Position numbers and translations under genes: made by a program
Notes under the pieces: generated by a model
Databases searched by the model: none
Told to the model about the DNA's origin: nothing
Seen by the model: the letters and a program-made list of their open reading frames with translations, nothing else
In this document: positions 13,557 to 27,220 of the stretch, piece by piece
Numbering within the stretch: position 1 is the first letter of the stretch
How the letters are laid out: every line of letters begins with the position of its first letter
Assembly: GCF_001194135.2 (NCBI RefSeq)
Contig: NC_068981.1
Coordinates: 108,367,213-108,431,212, forward strand
Length of the DNA stretch: 64,000 nucleotides
Source of the DNA: Octopus bimaculoides
Lineage: Eukaryota
Direction: 5' to 3'

Positions 13557-14381
13557 GGTGCAGTGAATAAACAGTTGTTTAAATTATGCAAAAATAAAAA
13601 TTACACTGACATCTCATTTTAACAGATACATTTACCAAAATTACATAAAAATATATTGAAATGCTAAAAAGTAAATTTATTCAATAAAATCGCCATTGAC
13701 TTCAACCACGTCCTCCAGATGGTCTCTTTGATTAAATTGGTGAACACTGCCATAATCCTTCATCATTGGTGTTACAAGGAGTTTTGTTGGTCTCATTCAA
13801 CTGTGCACCACACATAATAATGAAGGGGGTTGCAGTCTGGGGAATTAAGTGGCCCAATGTTAGGAGTGATGTGATCACAGAAATTGTCTGACAGCCATGA
13901 CTGGGTTCTCCTGCTTGTGTGGCATGGTACAGAGTCCTGTTGCCAGACATAGGGTCTTCCAGCAGCTACCCTCTTGACCCAGGACAGCACTACTTCCTTC
14001 AGGCACTTGATGTAGGCCTCTGTGTTCAGTCTGAGGCCATGTGGGAAGATGAATGGAGGCATGACATCACCATCGCTAGTGATCACACCAAACACCATGA
14101 TGTTGACTGCATGTTTGATTTTTATCACTCCCTGTACATGTCCTCGGATTGACAACCAAACAGTCTGAAATGTTCATATTGGAGCTTCCAGCATGAATGC
14201 CAAGCAGTACAGCATGTCGCTTCCAAATTTCTGGCAGAGTGAATTGTGCCATGGTGCTGTTTTTCTCACAGACTGACCAACTGACCCTATTATACTGTGT
14301 AGTTGACAAAATCAAAAACAAACAATGCGCATGCACGAAATTCAAAATATCAAATGGCGACAATTTACCCATTGCACCCTG
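13554..14381 (-). mobile_element. Internally deleted mariner (DD37D maT-type) transposon
   Basis: ORF 13793-14155 reads IMVFGVITSDG...WQQDSVPCHTS...NSPDCNPLHYYVW (37-residue spacing, last D mutated to H); TIRs cagggtgcagtgaataa / ttacccattgcaccctg. Confidence 0.85.
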
Positions 14382-14812
14382 CCACTCCCTAACAGTTGAG
14401 GGAACCCGTGGAAGAGGTAGGCCCAGGAAGACCTGGGCTGAGGTGGTGAGGCAACACCTTCGAACATGGGCCTCACCGAGGCGATGACTACTGACCGAGA
14501 CCTTTGGAAATGTGCTGTGCGTGAGAAGACCCGGCAAGCCAAGTGAGATCGTTGCCAGTGCCCCTGGACTGGCTCTTGTGCGGGTGGCACATAAAAGACA
14601 CCATTTCGAGCGTGGCCGTTTTCGTGCGGGTGACACGTAAAAGCACCCACTACACTCTCTGAGTGGTTGGCGTTAGGAAGGGCATCCAGCTGTAGAAACT
14701 CTGCCAAATTAGATTGGCGCCTGGTGTAGCCATCCGGTTGCACCAGTCCTCAGTCAAATCGTCCAACCCATGCTAGCATGGAAAGCGGACGTTAAACGAT
14801 GATGATGATGAT
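14381..14812 (+). mobile_element. 5'-truncated RTE LINE 3' end with (GAT)n tail
   Basis: CHSLTVEGTRGRGRPRKTWAEVVR C-terminus, then 3' UTR ending catgctagcatggaaagcggacgttaaacgatgatgatg. Confidence 0.88.
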
Positions 14813-15802
14813 GATATATATATATATATATAAAATTCTTGCTAAATACTACAAGTTAAAGAAGCATATTGTTTACAATCTTAGTGATCGCCTAAGAAAT
14901 CAAATGCTGCAATATTATCACGACTCAGAGAATTTCAATGCTCAACACTACATAAAATCATTAGAATCATCATCAACAATGATCAGAGTATAAAAAAATA
15001 AAAGACACCTTTAATATACACCAAAAATATAAGTAGCTTCTAAATTTGTCTAAACTATTTATAAGCTATGTTTCATGTTTATGAAACAATTTCATGAGAC
15101 ACTTTTGTGTCTCATGAAATTCAAGCCTTTGGTTACAATGGATAATTTCATAACTACCATTTGAAATATCCATAAAAGTTAAACTTTGGAATAGCTTGCT
15201 TGCAAATATTAATGTTTTTATGTATTTATTTTTTTATATAACAAAACAAGATCAATATTACAAAGCAATCACGTTTTGCAACGTTATACACCAGCTATTT
15301 TTACCATCACTTAAGAGTAAGAACAATGGTCTTAACTTGTTAAATATTGTCAATTATATCCTATGTATGTCTTCATTATGTTGTACATAAAAAAGTTTCA
15401 AATTTTCTCACTGACTATCATGTAAATAGCTAACAGAATATGAAAACTCATCAAATGTCCAAAGAAACAGAACTAACAACATCTAGCTAAACGAGCTGCT
15501 TAGACTATAGTAACAAAGAAGAATTGCAACAGTCTAATGAATAAATTTATGAAAAAATATTAAATAAAACCATTTGTTCTTCTTTAAGTAGTTACATCCA
15601 AAATATATTCTTAGATGCATTAACCTCACACACTTCAACTTCCACAGCAAACCACAGCAAACTTATTCATTTTCTATCTCTTTCTGAAATTTGGCTGCTA
15701 TTTCTTGCAGGTTGAGCAACCATAAAGAAGTTACTTTGTTGGCTTGAGATATTGAAACTTGAGAGTAACTGACAATGAACTATAACTCAATCCAGCAAAT
15801 AT

Positions 15803-16121
15803 CAATATATATAAAAATGAGAATGTGTCTGTCTGTCTGTGCGTGTGAATCCCTAAAACTTGAGAACTACGCAACCAATTTCATTCAAATTTTACATATG
15901 CCTTACTTAGGATTCCAGTTGTGTCAAAAAAAATTATTAACTTCTTGCAGAGTTCGAGCACACGGCAACATAATATCTCCTCCACTATTTAAGTATTACG
16001 TGTCAAAAGTGAAACAAAAACACTCATGTCAAATACTTTCACTTTAAAAATGAAACTATTCCACTAACTGAAACAATCACATTTCGATACTGTAGTGACA
16101 GATACTTTCACAGAGAGAGAA

Positions 16122-16160
<39 letters not shown>

Positions 16161-16198
16161 AAGAGAAAGAGAGAGAGATATGTATATGTATACATATA
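15803..16198 (+). mobile_element. Non-autonomous Helitron-like 5' portion running into a gap
   Basis: atatatataaaaatgagaatgtgtctgtctgtctgtg start resembles the 5' ends at 17170 and 27221; 3' end not visible. Confidence 0.45.
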
Positions 16199-16908
16199 NN
16201 NNNNNNNNNNNNNNNNNNNNNNNNNNNNNNNNNNNNNNNNNNNNNNNNNNNNNNNNNNNNNNNNNNNNNNNNNNNNNNNNNNNNNNNNNNNNNNNNNNNN
16301 NNNNNNNNNNNNNNNNNNNNNNNNNNNNNNNNNNNNNNNNNNNNNNNNNNNNNNNNNNNNNNNNNNNNNNNNNNNNNNNNNNNNNNNNNNNNNNNNNNNN
16401 NNNNNNNNNNNNNNNNNNNNNNNNNNNNNNNNNNNNNNNNNNNNNNNNNNNNNNNNNNNNNNNNNNNNNNNNNNNNNNNNNNNNNNNNNNNNNNNNNNNN
16501 NNNNNNNNNNNNNNNNNNNNNNNNNNNNNNNNNNNNNNNNNNNNNNNNNNNNNNNNNNNNNNNNNNNNNNNNNNNNNNNNNNNNNNNNNNNNNNNNNNNN
16601 NNNNNNNNNNNNNNNNNNNNNNNNNNNNNNNNNNNNNNNNNNNNNNNNNNNNNNNNNNNNNNNNNNNNNNNNNNNNNNNNNNNNNNNNNNNNNNNNNNNN
16701 NNNNNNNNNNNNNNNNNNNNNNNNNNNNNNNNNNNNNNNNNNNNNNNNNNNNNNNNNNNNNNNNNNNNNNNNNNNNNNNNNNNNNNNNNNNNNNNNNNNN
16801 NNNNNNNNNNNNNNNNNNNNNNNNNNNNNNNNNNNNNNNNNNNNNNNNNNNNNNNNNNNNNNNNNNNNNNNNNNNNNNNNNNNNNNNNNNNNNNNNNNNN
16901 NNNNNNNN
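16199..16908. other. Assembly gap (N)
   Basis: N run. Confidence 0.99.
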
Positions 16909-17169
16909 GCTGGTCTTCTCTTGGAAGAGCCCTGCTTCTCACATGGACAATTGTATGTTGGCTACTCAAGAGTGGGCAGCAACAAAAAACCTATTTGTAT
17001 ATGCTCCACAAGGGAAAACAAGGAACATAGTTTACAACGAGGTATTATAATCACAACAGCAAGAAAGTATGTACATGATCACCTTCTTTTACGAAACTTC
17101 CTTGACTTTCATATATTTATATTGATATACATATATATACGTGTGTTTGGGTGCGTGTGTGTATATACA

Positions 17170-17260
17170 TCTCTATATATAAAGATGGTGCGTAGTCTAG
17201 ACGGTGTTTTTAGATTTCATTATTCTCTTTAACCCGGGCAACGCCGGGTATTTCTGCTAG
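17170..17260 (+). mobile_element. Minimal (91-bp) non-autonomous Helitron
   Basis: 5' TC(TC)TATATATAAA after an A; 3' hairpin CCCGG-gcaacg-CCGGG, then tatttctg-CTAG followed by T; no TSD. Confidence 0.75.
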
Positions 17261-18182
17261 TTGCTTATAATTTTATAAAATACATATTTATCTTTCAATT
17301 ATAACTACTATGGTTATCCACAAAGGTAGCAGCTATCATGCTAATATACCCTTCAGAGAGACTTTGAGTTGCATTCCCCTCACCAAGTTTTTCCTTCAGC
17401 TCACACTACAAACTTCATTTGTTTATTGCTACAGGACATTTGAAACAAACTAACATTCAAAGAAGTTTATTGTATCGTTTAGAAAGACATATTTTGGATT
17501 TCTACACATTACACATGATGCATCATTATGTCAAATTCACTCCTTTTGTACAAGTTGTTGTATTATGTAAATTCTATTCATCAGAATATATATAATTTCT
17601 GTTTCAGTTTGAACTTTTTATTATTGTGGTCAAAAAATAAGAATTATTTTCAATGACTGCTTATATTTATACAATCACATTTTCTCATATAGACACTAGT
17701 CATAGTAGTTGAACAATAACTAAGATTATTACAATTAAATCTACAGCTAAAACTACATTAAGACAAAATATATTACTATTTTCATTAGATGAATGGTTAA
17801 TATCAGCTAAAGTATTAACATAAATAAATGAATTTTCAAAAATATAGGAGTTTATATTTTTCCTGAAATTTTGCACATGGACATCACTACATTCAATCTC
17901 AGGTGTGCTCATTTCTCATGTATGAGAACTTCCAAAATCAAATTTCTATCCTACAACTCATTGACAACAGTCTACAACAGCACTCCCTACATATATCATG
18001 TCTAAATATCTCCAATGTTATGTCAAGAAAATCTAAATTATCTAACATAGTTGCAATAAAAAAAGCGTGGATTTCTTCAGGAGCTTTAAGTCTTGAGAAG
18101 CTATTAATAACATACAGGGTATCTTACAATATCTGTTTTATGCACAACAAAGTATAAATCAGAAAAAGTTAAATAAATTTGC

Positions 18183-18291
18183 AGGTATGACTGTGTAGTA
18201 AGAAGCTTGCCATGGTTCTGGGTTCAGCCCCACTGCATGGCACCTTGTGCATGGATTTGGTAGATGGAAACTGAAAAAAACCTGTCATACA

Positions 18292-18322
<31 letters not shown>

Positions 18323-18550
18323 CTTTGTGTCTATGTGTATGTCTTTTTCTGTTTGTACTCCCCACCCCAATCACTGCTTGACAACAGGTGTTGGTGTATC
18401 TATGTCCCTGTAACTTAGCTGTTTGACAAAAGAGACTGATAGAAGTACCAGGCTTAAAGAATAAGTCCTGGGGTCAATTTGTTTGACTAAAAGGTGGTGC
18501 TCCAGCATGGCCACAGTCATATGACTGAAACAAGTAAAAGAATAAAAGAA
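18183..18550 (+). mobile_element. SINE family B copy
   Basis: gactgtgtagtaagaagcttg...gggttcagccccactgcatggcaccttg head; internal (TA)n; tail ggtggtgctccagcatggccacagtcatatgactgaaacaagtaaaagaataaaag. Confidence 0.85.
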
Positions 18551-20185
18551 TTACAAAACCTCACTGTGAATGAAATAAGAATATAAATATATTCTATGCT
18601 ACTGATATGTGAAACTCAGGAAACTCCCTCTCTTTTTTCTCCACATCAATAAAAATGAAAGACTGTTTTAGGTTCTTATTTTACCCACAGTCAAATTTTG
18701 TGATGTTTAAAAGTATACTTCTGATGATGGGCTAGAATGAGTATCACACAGAACATTCAAGAAAATGAGAACAGGCATTCACTTGATAAAACCAACATTC
18801 ACAAACATCATTCAACCACTGATCCACTGTCAAAACACAGTCTATTTCCTTATACTGATATATGTTAACTATTTTGAATGCACAATCACTGCTCTTTCCT
18901 CTTATCACACCTACTACTAAGTCTCTCCTAATCCCTCCTCCCAAGAAATGCATCCAATTGACATGCCCAACATTCCCTCGAGTTCTCTTCTACTACTAAA
19001 CTACAACAATACAACATCAATCAGACTAACTTTCCTTGAACATCTCTACTTCAGAAATACTGAAAAAAACTAGTGAAGCAGATATGAAACAACAAAACAC
19101 AGAATTTAAACCTTTTTTAAATTAGCAATTTGAGCCAAGTCTATTTACCGAGTTCATTATGTGACAGGTTTTTGTAACTCCAACTGAACTAGTCAGAAGA
19201 AAGTATACTCTTTGAAGAGTTTTCAAAACTGATGGGAGGAAGGAAGTACTTATCATTAGATTAGAAACTTGGTCCAAATGCTTGTAATAGTGCATTGTGC
19301 TAAAGCACCAAGTGGTAGAGTTAAACCAAGTAATAGTACACATGTACCATTCTACAACAAGAAAAGTTCTTCCAAAAGACTTCCATGCAGTTTCCATGTC
19401 CCAATTTTACATCAAAGGCTTTAGTTGAGAAGAGTCTATGCTAGAAGACACCTGCTCAAGGAGCTGTGCAGAGGGATCAAACATGAAACAAACTACTTAA
19501 CCAAAGAGCCATGCCCACCACAAAGTTACCATTTTTTGATAAGCATTTCACAGTTCCTCTTTCGTCAAATTCTTCAAAATGCTGCTAATTTATGTTCATG
19601 TGACATTCACAATTATGTGCCTAAATGAATGCATTCATAATTTTAAAAATACTTTTATTAGTCAACCTAATTAACTTTAACATAAACTGATAACATCTCT
19701 ACCCTCTCAGGATCTGACAGTATTACTTTTTTTTTAATAGTATGTAACAGCTGTTTCTTTCCAATTCCAAACACTTAGACATAATGATTTCTTTTAACTG
19801 GGCACAAGGCCAACATTGCAGTGAAAAATGTAATTGAGTGAACTGACATATATTTACAGACATCCATATAGTTGAATATTGTCAAATTCTTTTCTACATT
19901 TTCATAGCTATCTGTTGTAATTTTATGATAAATAGATATTAGTCACATAGATTATTGATTTTGAGTATTGGCACAAGGTCACATGTTCAGGACTTATTTT
20001 AATGTCTTCAAAAAAGGATTTAAACTTTAAAAATAAAGAAATGTAACTAAATACTGCAACACATTTAGTTCAGTATTCCACCACATTTATTCTTTTAATA
20101 TATTTAACATTAAGAATTAAATATTGTAACTGACGTACAAATTGGAAGATTTGATTTTGTATTATGGTGTAAATCATCATCATCA

Positions 20186-21290
20186 TCATCGTTTAACATC
20201 CGCTTTCCATGCTAGCATGGGTTGGATGATTTGACTGAGGACTGGTGAAACCAGATGGCAACACCAGGCTCCAATCTAATTTGGCAGAGTTTCTACAGCT
20301 GGATGCCCTTCCTAAAGCCAACCACTCAGAGAGTGTAGTGGGTGCTTTTACGTGTGACCCACACAAAGGCCAGTCAGGCGGTACTGGCAACGGCCACGCT
20401 CGAAATGGTGTCTTTTATGTGCCACCCGCACAAAAGCCAGTCCAGGGGCACTGGCAACGACCTCGCTCGAAAACCCTACGAAGGCCNNNNNNNNNNNNNN
20501 NNNNNNNNNNNNNNNNNNNNNNNNNNNNNNNNNNNNNNNNNNNNNNNNNNNNNNNNNNNNNNNNNNNNNNNNNNNNNNNNNNNNNNNNNNNNNNNNNNNN
20601 NNNNNNNNNNNNNNNNNNNNNNNNNNNNNNNNNNNNNNNNNNNNNNNNNNNNNNNNNNNNNNNNNNNNNNNNNNNNNNNNNNNNNNNNNNNNNNNNNNNN
20701 NNNNNNNNNNNNNNNNNNNNNNNNNNNNNNNNNNNNNNNNNNNNNNNNNNNNNNNNNNNNNNNNNNNNNNNNNNNNNNNNNNNNNNNNNNNNNNNNNNNN
20801 NNNNNNNNNNNNNNNNNNNNNNNNNNNNNNNNNNNNNNNNNNNNNNNNNNNNNNNNNNNNNNNNNNNNNNNNNNNNNNNNNNNNNNNNNNNNNNNNNNNN
20901 NNNNNNNNNNNNNNNNNNNNNNNNNNNNNNNNNNNNNNNNNNNNCAAAAATCCTACAACAACCCCACACAAGAGCCAGTTCAGGGGCACCGGCAACGATC
21001 TCGCTCGAAGAAATTTCATGTGTCACCACAAGATTTCCCGTCCCGCTCAAAACATTTCATGTGTCACCCGCACAAGAGCCAGTCCAGGGGCACTGGCAAC
21101 GATCTCGCTCGAAAGATATCATGTGTCGCCCGCACATGAGCCAGTCCAGGGGCACTGGCAACGATCCCGCTCGAAAGATTTCATGTGTCACCCGCACATG
21201 AGCCAGTCCGGGGGCACTGGCATCGATCCCGCTCGAAAGATTTCATGTGTCACCCGCACAAGAGCCAGTCCGGGGGCACTGGCAACGTGG
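20186..21290 (-). mobile_element. RTE 3'-UTR element with expanded ~60-bp minisatellite (contains a gap)
   Basis: (CAT)n tail at about 20186-20200; at least 5 tandem units of tttcatgtgtcacccgcacaagagccagtccaggggcactggcaacgatctcgctcgaaaga at about 20960-21290. Confidence 0.88.
20487..20944. other. Assembly gap (N) inside minisatellite
   Basis: N run. Confidence 0.99.
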
Positions 21291-21689
21291 AAATAGATTT
21301 ATTAGTAATGAATAAAAACTTTCTTTGAATATGGTTTTAACAAGTCAAGATACAGGATTTTTCACTGAAATAAGACATGACATAAAAGGATATTTCAATA
21401 TTTTTGTCTTATGCAAAAAATATTTCTCCCCATCTTTTCTAACTTTTGTTTCCTCATCAACCTCATGATCAATTAACCTCTAGCATTCCTGAGATTGCCT
21501 CTACTCTTTCTAATCTCTAGTTAAATAGCAATGTTCAGGTTATATTAAATATTGAATATAAAACTTTGTAAATTGTAGGTGAAAAATCTTAGCTGGCCAA
21601 ACATTTGAGGAAAAGGAGCAGAAATTTTAGATAATCTGAACTGCAGTTTTTAGCTGTTTTCTCTACATTTTTAATTCAAATACCGTCTA

Positions 21690-22745
21690 CCAGACGTGAG
21701 GACCAAAAACTTGAAGTATTTTGGATTGCAAGACAGCATGTGAGAGAAAACTGTGATGTCATAAGAGAGATTTGTGTCCACATGGATGATAGTTCACTTG
21801 CATTTAATGATTCTGCAAAGAAAGAAGCTTGGAAATGTCATTATGAAAGACTGCTGAACATGGAGAATGAACTGGAGGAGGAGAGTCTGCCAAATGTCAA
21901 CCCAACTGAGGGACCAGCTATCCAAATAAACAGTACCTTGATAGATAAAGCAATTAAGGATATGCAGACAGTGAAAGCCCCCAGCCCATCAAGAATTACC
22001 GCTGAGATGCTCAAAATATCTGGTGATGTAGGTTATGGTCTAGTCACTTGTAAGCAGCACAATAATCAACTGCTGCAAAGGTAAAGGTGATGCCTTAGAT
22101 AGAAATAATTACAGAGGTATCAAATTGTTGGATCAGGTGATGAAAGTTACGGAGAGTGTCATAGTCCAACTAATTAGGGGGAGAATTAGTCTAGATGTGA
22201 TGCAGTTTGATTTTGTGCAAGGGAGAAACACCACTGATGCTATATTTCTGGTTAGGCAGCTGCAGAAATGCATAGCCAAAGATAAACATCTGTACTTGGC
22301 TTTTGTTGACTTGGAGAAAACCTTTGACAGGGTCCCCCAATCCCTTATCTGGTTGTCAATGCGGAAACTAGGGATAGATGAGATAAGTGGTTGGCAACGA
22401 CTGCTGACTGAGACCTTTGGAATATGCTGTGCTTGAGAAGACCTGCCAAGTAAAATCGTAGTCATGGCCAATGCTGGTGTTACATAACTGGCACCCATGC
22501 TGGTGGCACATAAAGCCAAGTAAAATTGCAGTTGTGGCAGATACTGGTGTCCTGCAAATGACACCCATGCCAGTGGCATGTAAAAGCACCTATTATACTC
22601 TTGGAGTGGTTGGAGTTAGGAAGGGCATCCAGCCATAGAAACCATGCCAAATCAGGCTGGAGTCTGGTGAAGCCTTCTAGCTTGCTAGCCCCAGTCAAAC
22701 CATCCAACTCATGCCAGCATGGACAACGGACATATGATGATGATC
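21690..22745 (+). mobile_element. RTE LINE fragment, internally deleted
   Basis: ORFs 21740-22084 and 22125-22436 (TTDAIFLVRQLQ...LYLAFVDLEKTFDRVP) jump directly into the 3' end near 22385; (GAT)n tail. Confidence 0.85.
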
Positions 22746-25700
22746 TTTGTCAACATTGATTTTCATCCCTTTGGATTCAATAAAATAATACCAGTAATTG
22801 GTAGTTCAATTGACTGTAACTCTTCCCTGCAAATGTTAACCTTATGCAAAACATAAACAGGTATCTCCGACCACATCCAGAAAGAGTCACTCAACTGACT
22901 GGCATGAAGTGTCTTGCAACACACTCCATCCTAACATGTTTTTCCTTTCTGCCTTTTCTATCACTGTAGGAATTCTAGAGGGACCATATTGGGGAAGGGC
23001 TATCAGTTGGCCAGTCTTCTATCACTTCTACTCAAGAACTCATAAATCATTCATATCTCTTCTTTACATCAGCCATATTGCATCCATCTCCATCTTTATT
23101 CATTTTTTATATATTCAACATATCAGTAATTATTCTTGATGCTCCAGCTGCTTTCCCTGCCCTCATATCCTCCTTAACCCTTTAGTATTCAGATTATTCT
23201 GTCAAATGTAATACTTATTAATTCATGTTGTTTTGAATTATTCAAGCATTATCTTGTCACTTTAAGATTTTGATATGACTGTTTATTTTTAGAATGACAT
23301 TATGGGAGAGGCCAGATCTGGCCAGTTCGAGCATAAAGCATGTAAAATAATTTGGCTGGATATGGCCAGTTTAAATGCTAAAGGGCTAATGGCTATTTCA
23401 ACTGTTAGCCTTCAATTTCAATAGTTAGTCCCTCTCTCTTTCTCATTCATTTTCCTCATTCATCAACCTCTTGAAGTAGCATTTCCTTTTCATTATTATT
23501 GAGAGTGAGGACACCACTATTGTCACACACACACTTTACAACATCTTTATTCTTACAGACACTACTTTGCAATCTGGAATAAACCAAACCTCTGATCCTC
23601 ATATCCAGAACATTAGCAAACCTCTCATTAATTTCTGTCTTTGCTAAGTATATATGATATTTAGTTTCTCATCTAGCTACCTGACATTGTTTCTTACACT
23701 CTCACTTTCTTCCTTTCTTTCCAGGCCTCTCTCTTAGCTTTTATGATTCTGCTATCACATCTCCATATCATCTGGCTGGAACTTTGCTCCATCCACAAAA
23801 CTGCTCTTTAGCTCACAGCAAGTTGTCTTGTAGAAGCTATCAGTTGTCCTCTATGTTAAAGGTCTATCTCCTACTCAACAAATTAATCTATTTCTGGCAT
23901 AGTGATTTTTCAGCTTCCATACCATCTTTCTCTAAATTGTCTTCTGCATTTGTCTCTGTCTAGCTCTTATTCAGTTGTCACTAACCACTAGTCTATGTTG
24001 AGTAGTACATTCTTCACCAGGGAAATACATAGTATTCACAACCTCTGTATTTCCCATTTTTCTGGTGAGTGTGAAGTTTACTTGGTTTGTGTCTTCTCCT
24101 ACATTTCATTTATGTGTGTGTGTTGAAGTTAGAAGGTGAATATTAGTATGGAAATGATAACAGATAAAATAAGGGTCACAACTGAAAAAAGTTTGTTATA
24201 AACTTGTTGATGGGATCCATGATGGAGAAAGATTTAGAGGACAATACAAATATGTAAGGTTAACTGTAAATGAAGCAAAATGAAAGTCACTGAAATCTGT
24301 AGAAACAAGAAACAGAGAAACACAATGTGATGCTAAATATGACTGGATGATTCATTATCTTTACTATGTAGGCTTTTTGACTTCACAGGTTATATCCCAC
24401 AATCATTAGTTTTTACACAAATGTAAGCTTCATTTTTATATACAAAGAATTCTTTTGTCATCAAAAAGATAAAATGTTATAATACACCAAGTAATTATAA
24501 GTTATAGATAAAAATTTCCCCTTCTTGCCACACAACTAGAACTAATTAGGTAATCAAATCTAAAATATTTTTATATTGCCTCTCAATTATTTAGTTTTGA
24601 TTTTTGATTGCTATAAGATAATTTAATGCAAACTTAAGTACAAGACTCAAATTTTGAATGTTATTTATCTCTGAAAAGAGAAAGTTGCATGGACTTTTGT
24701 TTATATCCTATACAGTATGAATACTGTATTATATTACTCTACTCTAAATAGGCTATGACCAATAATTTATATAATATAAATGAAATATATTTTGCTTTTG
24801 ATCACCAAAGCTTATCATTGCCATAGCATGCCCATGCATAAGCACACAGACTCATTGAAAATACCTATAAATATAAGAATAAATGGTGTAATTAATGTGA
24901 ATGAGGTTAGATTCATCCGAAAGATAACTACAGAAAAAATGTGGTTAGTGAAGGAATTTCCATGAAAATCCAAGGAAGAAAGTACTGTTTCATACATAAC
25001 GGTATTTTTTGCTTACATAAATTACCATTTTGGATTTGGTGATATATCTTAATTTATTTGCTTTAAAATGTTGAAAATTCAATTTACAAAGTACTATTCT
25101 ATATAGGACAAAAAAATGTTTAAGCAAAAAGAAAAAAAACTGTCATTCAGATATAAAATTTTAAAATTGAATCAAAATCATTTTTTTCTTTGAATATTCT
25201 AAATGGCATGTAAATATGTTAATTTATTTAGCCTAGGGTTAGCAGTGCTGTAGCAGGCTATATCAAAGGCATAACTATCAAATCTTTTATCCAGATAGCA
25301 TATATAAGACATCATCCAATAAGTACTGCCATTTTTTAAAGACAGTAATGTGCAGTTCACAAGACAGGGCCACTGTTTCTAAAGGGTTGAGTAATCACAC
25401 AGAAGCTGCTTTGTTAGTTTGATTTATACATGTCACTAAAAAAACAAAAAGTGCTGCAAGGTGGTTGTAGGTTGGTACTTAGAAAACAGCCTGTTTAAGG
25501 ATGATTGTCATTGTCAAGTCAGATATTACAATGTTTAGTCACATGGATAAAATAAAAGACAAAGCTACACTGAAGGAGGTATTTATGCAGAAGCTTTCAT
25601 TCCGCTGTAAAAATGGACAATGTCTGGCAATGATGATAATCTTTAAGCTCCAACGCTACCCAGAATTAGGTTAACTACTGTCGGATAGTAAATGGTAAAA

Positions 25701-27220
25701 TTCTTTTCAGTCCATAAGGAGACCGATCTTTTCTGCAACACACACCTATTGATGCCAAATTCCATGCAACTCTGCTTGTTGATGGATAAATCCTATTGCT
25801 ACATTTGTACACTTTAATTTCCATCAACAAGTTAAATTATATATTTTTCTGAGTTCTCTCACACACAAACACACCTAAAACTATAAGACCTTTGCTTATC
25901 GACAAGCAGGCAATAAACAAAGAGAACTAAGATGAAGCAAATGGAATTGCTGCAGAAGTTGATGAGTAAATGAATGACTTTAATCTATCATTTATTTTCA
26001 TTTCAACACTTTATTAAATTTCACAATTATTTAGGATTGGAAATCATAAATACAAGTAAACTTTCATGCCAAAATTTATTTACTCTTGCAACTATACAAA
26101 TATTATTTCAAATTCTAAATACACTGCTTAATTCATTCATCAGTTATAGACATGCTAGAGGTCATGTAATTCTTACTACACATAGGATGTCTGTTGTATT
26201 TCAATAGAAAACAGAAAATAATGATTTCAAATAAAAGTTTCAAAGATTTTCAACAAATTCAATGTCTGTTTATTTAATATGAAGGACATAGCATTTGTGG
26301 TAAATAACCACAGCACAAAGATTATGTGTTGCTTGAATTCAATACCATTTATTTACATTGATATTTTCAGATATCACATATTTTTTTTTGCAGCTCTACA
26401 TTTTTTTCTTCTTAATTTATTGTCCTCTTATTTTAACACTGAAGTGAACTTCATTGTCATCATCTCTATAAGTTATTATTACCAAGACTAATCTGAGTCT
26501 AAAATTATAGAAAGTGATCTAACAGAAATGTTAATCTTAACTTTGTCTACTAATATTAGTTTCCTATCTACATAAATTATTTCTCAAACATCAGTATGTG
26601 TGCAAAAACAATCAAAACTGGTAGCAATCATTCATATTCCTATATTTTCCACAATAATTTCTTATTGTCTTTTATAAAACATAATATCTGACATAAAACG
26701 TGATGAATTGTTTTGCTATCTTTATAGGGATATATAAAAGTTAAATATATAATCTAATCTTCCCTCATTCCTGGAGACCAATACTATAAATATCTTAAAA
26801 ATAGCAAGTAAGATCTTACTATAATTTTAAAAAGAACTCAAAGTGAAAAGCAAGACAAGTTGTTAAGAACACTTGGAATGTGTTAAATTTCACAAAGCCA
26901 AAGGACTATGTTGGTTACATATTGTGAATTATTTACTTTGTTGTTATATGAACAAAAGAAACAATTGTGACAGTGAGAAATGAAAAGTCAGTTAACACTC
27001 CAGGTATTCTGGTAAAATATGTTTAATATTTCAATCAGAAAGCATAAATACTCATGCTTCATGAATGAAGGTGGTAGCAGAGGTATGAAAAAAAAATGGA
27101 ATAAAAGAAAACCCCAATGATAATCATATAAATGTGAAAGGAAACACTTTAAATAGTACATTGGATTGATGTACATTCTTGAAATAAGTATTTTATGACT
27201 AGCATTATGTTTAATCTATA

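Noticed and set aside
16064-17232. Long ORFs of 300-350 aa in the ORF track
   Set aside because: They are artefacts of the 710-nt N gap and adjacent GA/TA repeats; the same applies to ORFs spanning the other gaps.
18744-18953. Cys-rich minus-strand ORF considered as a LIM exon
   Set aside because: Cys/His spacing does not fit LIM and there are no convincing splice sites; more likely a decayed LINE end or chance.
20960-21290. CRISPR-like regular repeats
   Set aside because: The units are contiguous with no unique spacers and lie in an RTE 3' UTR of a eukaryote; this is a minisatellite.
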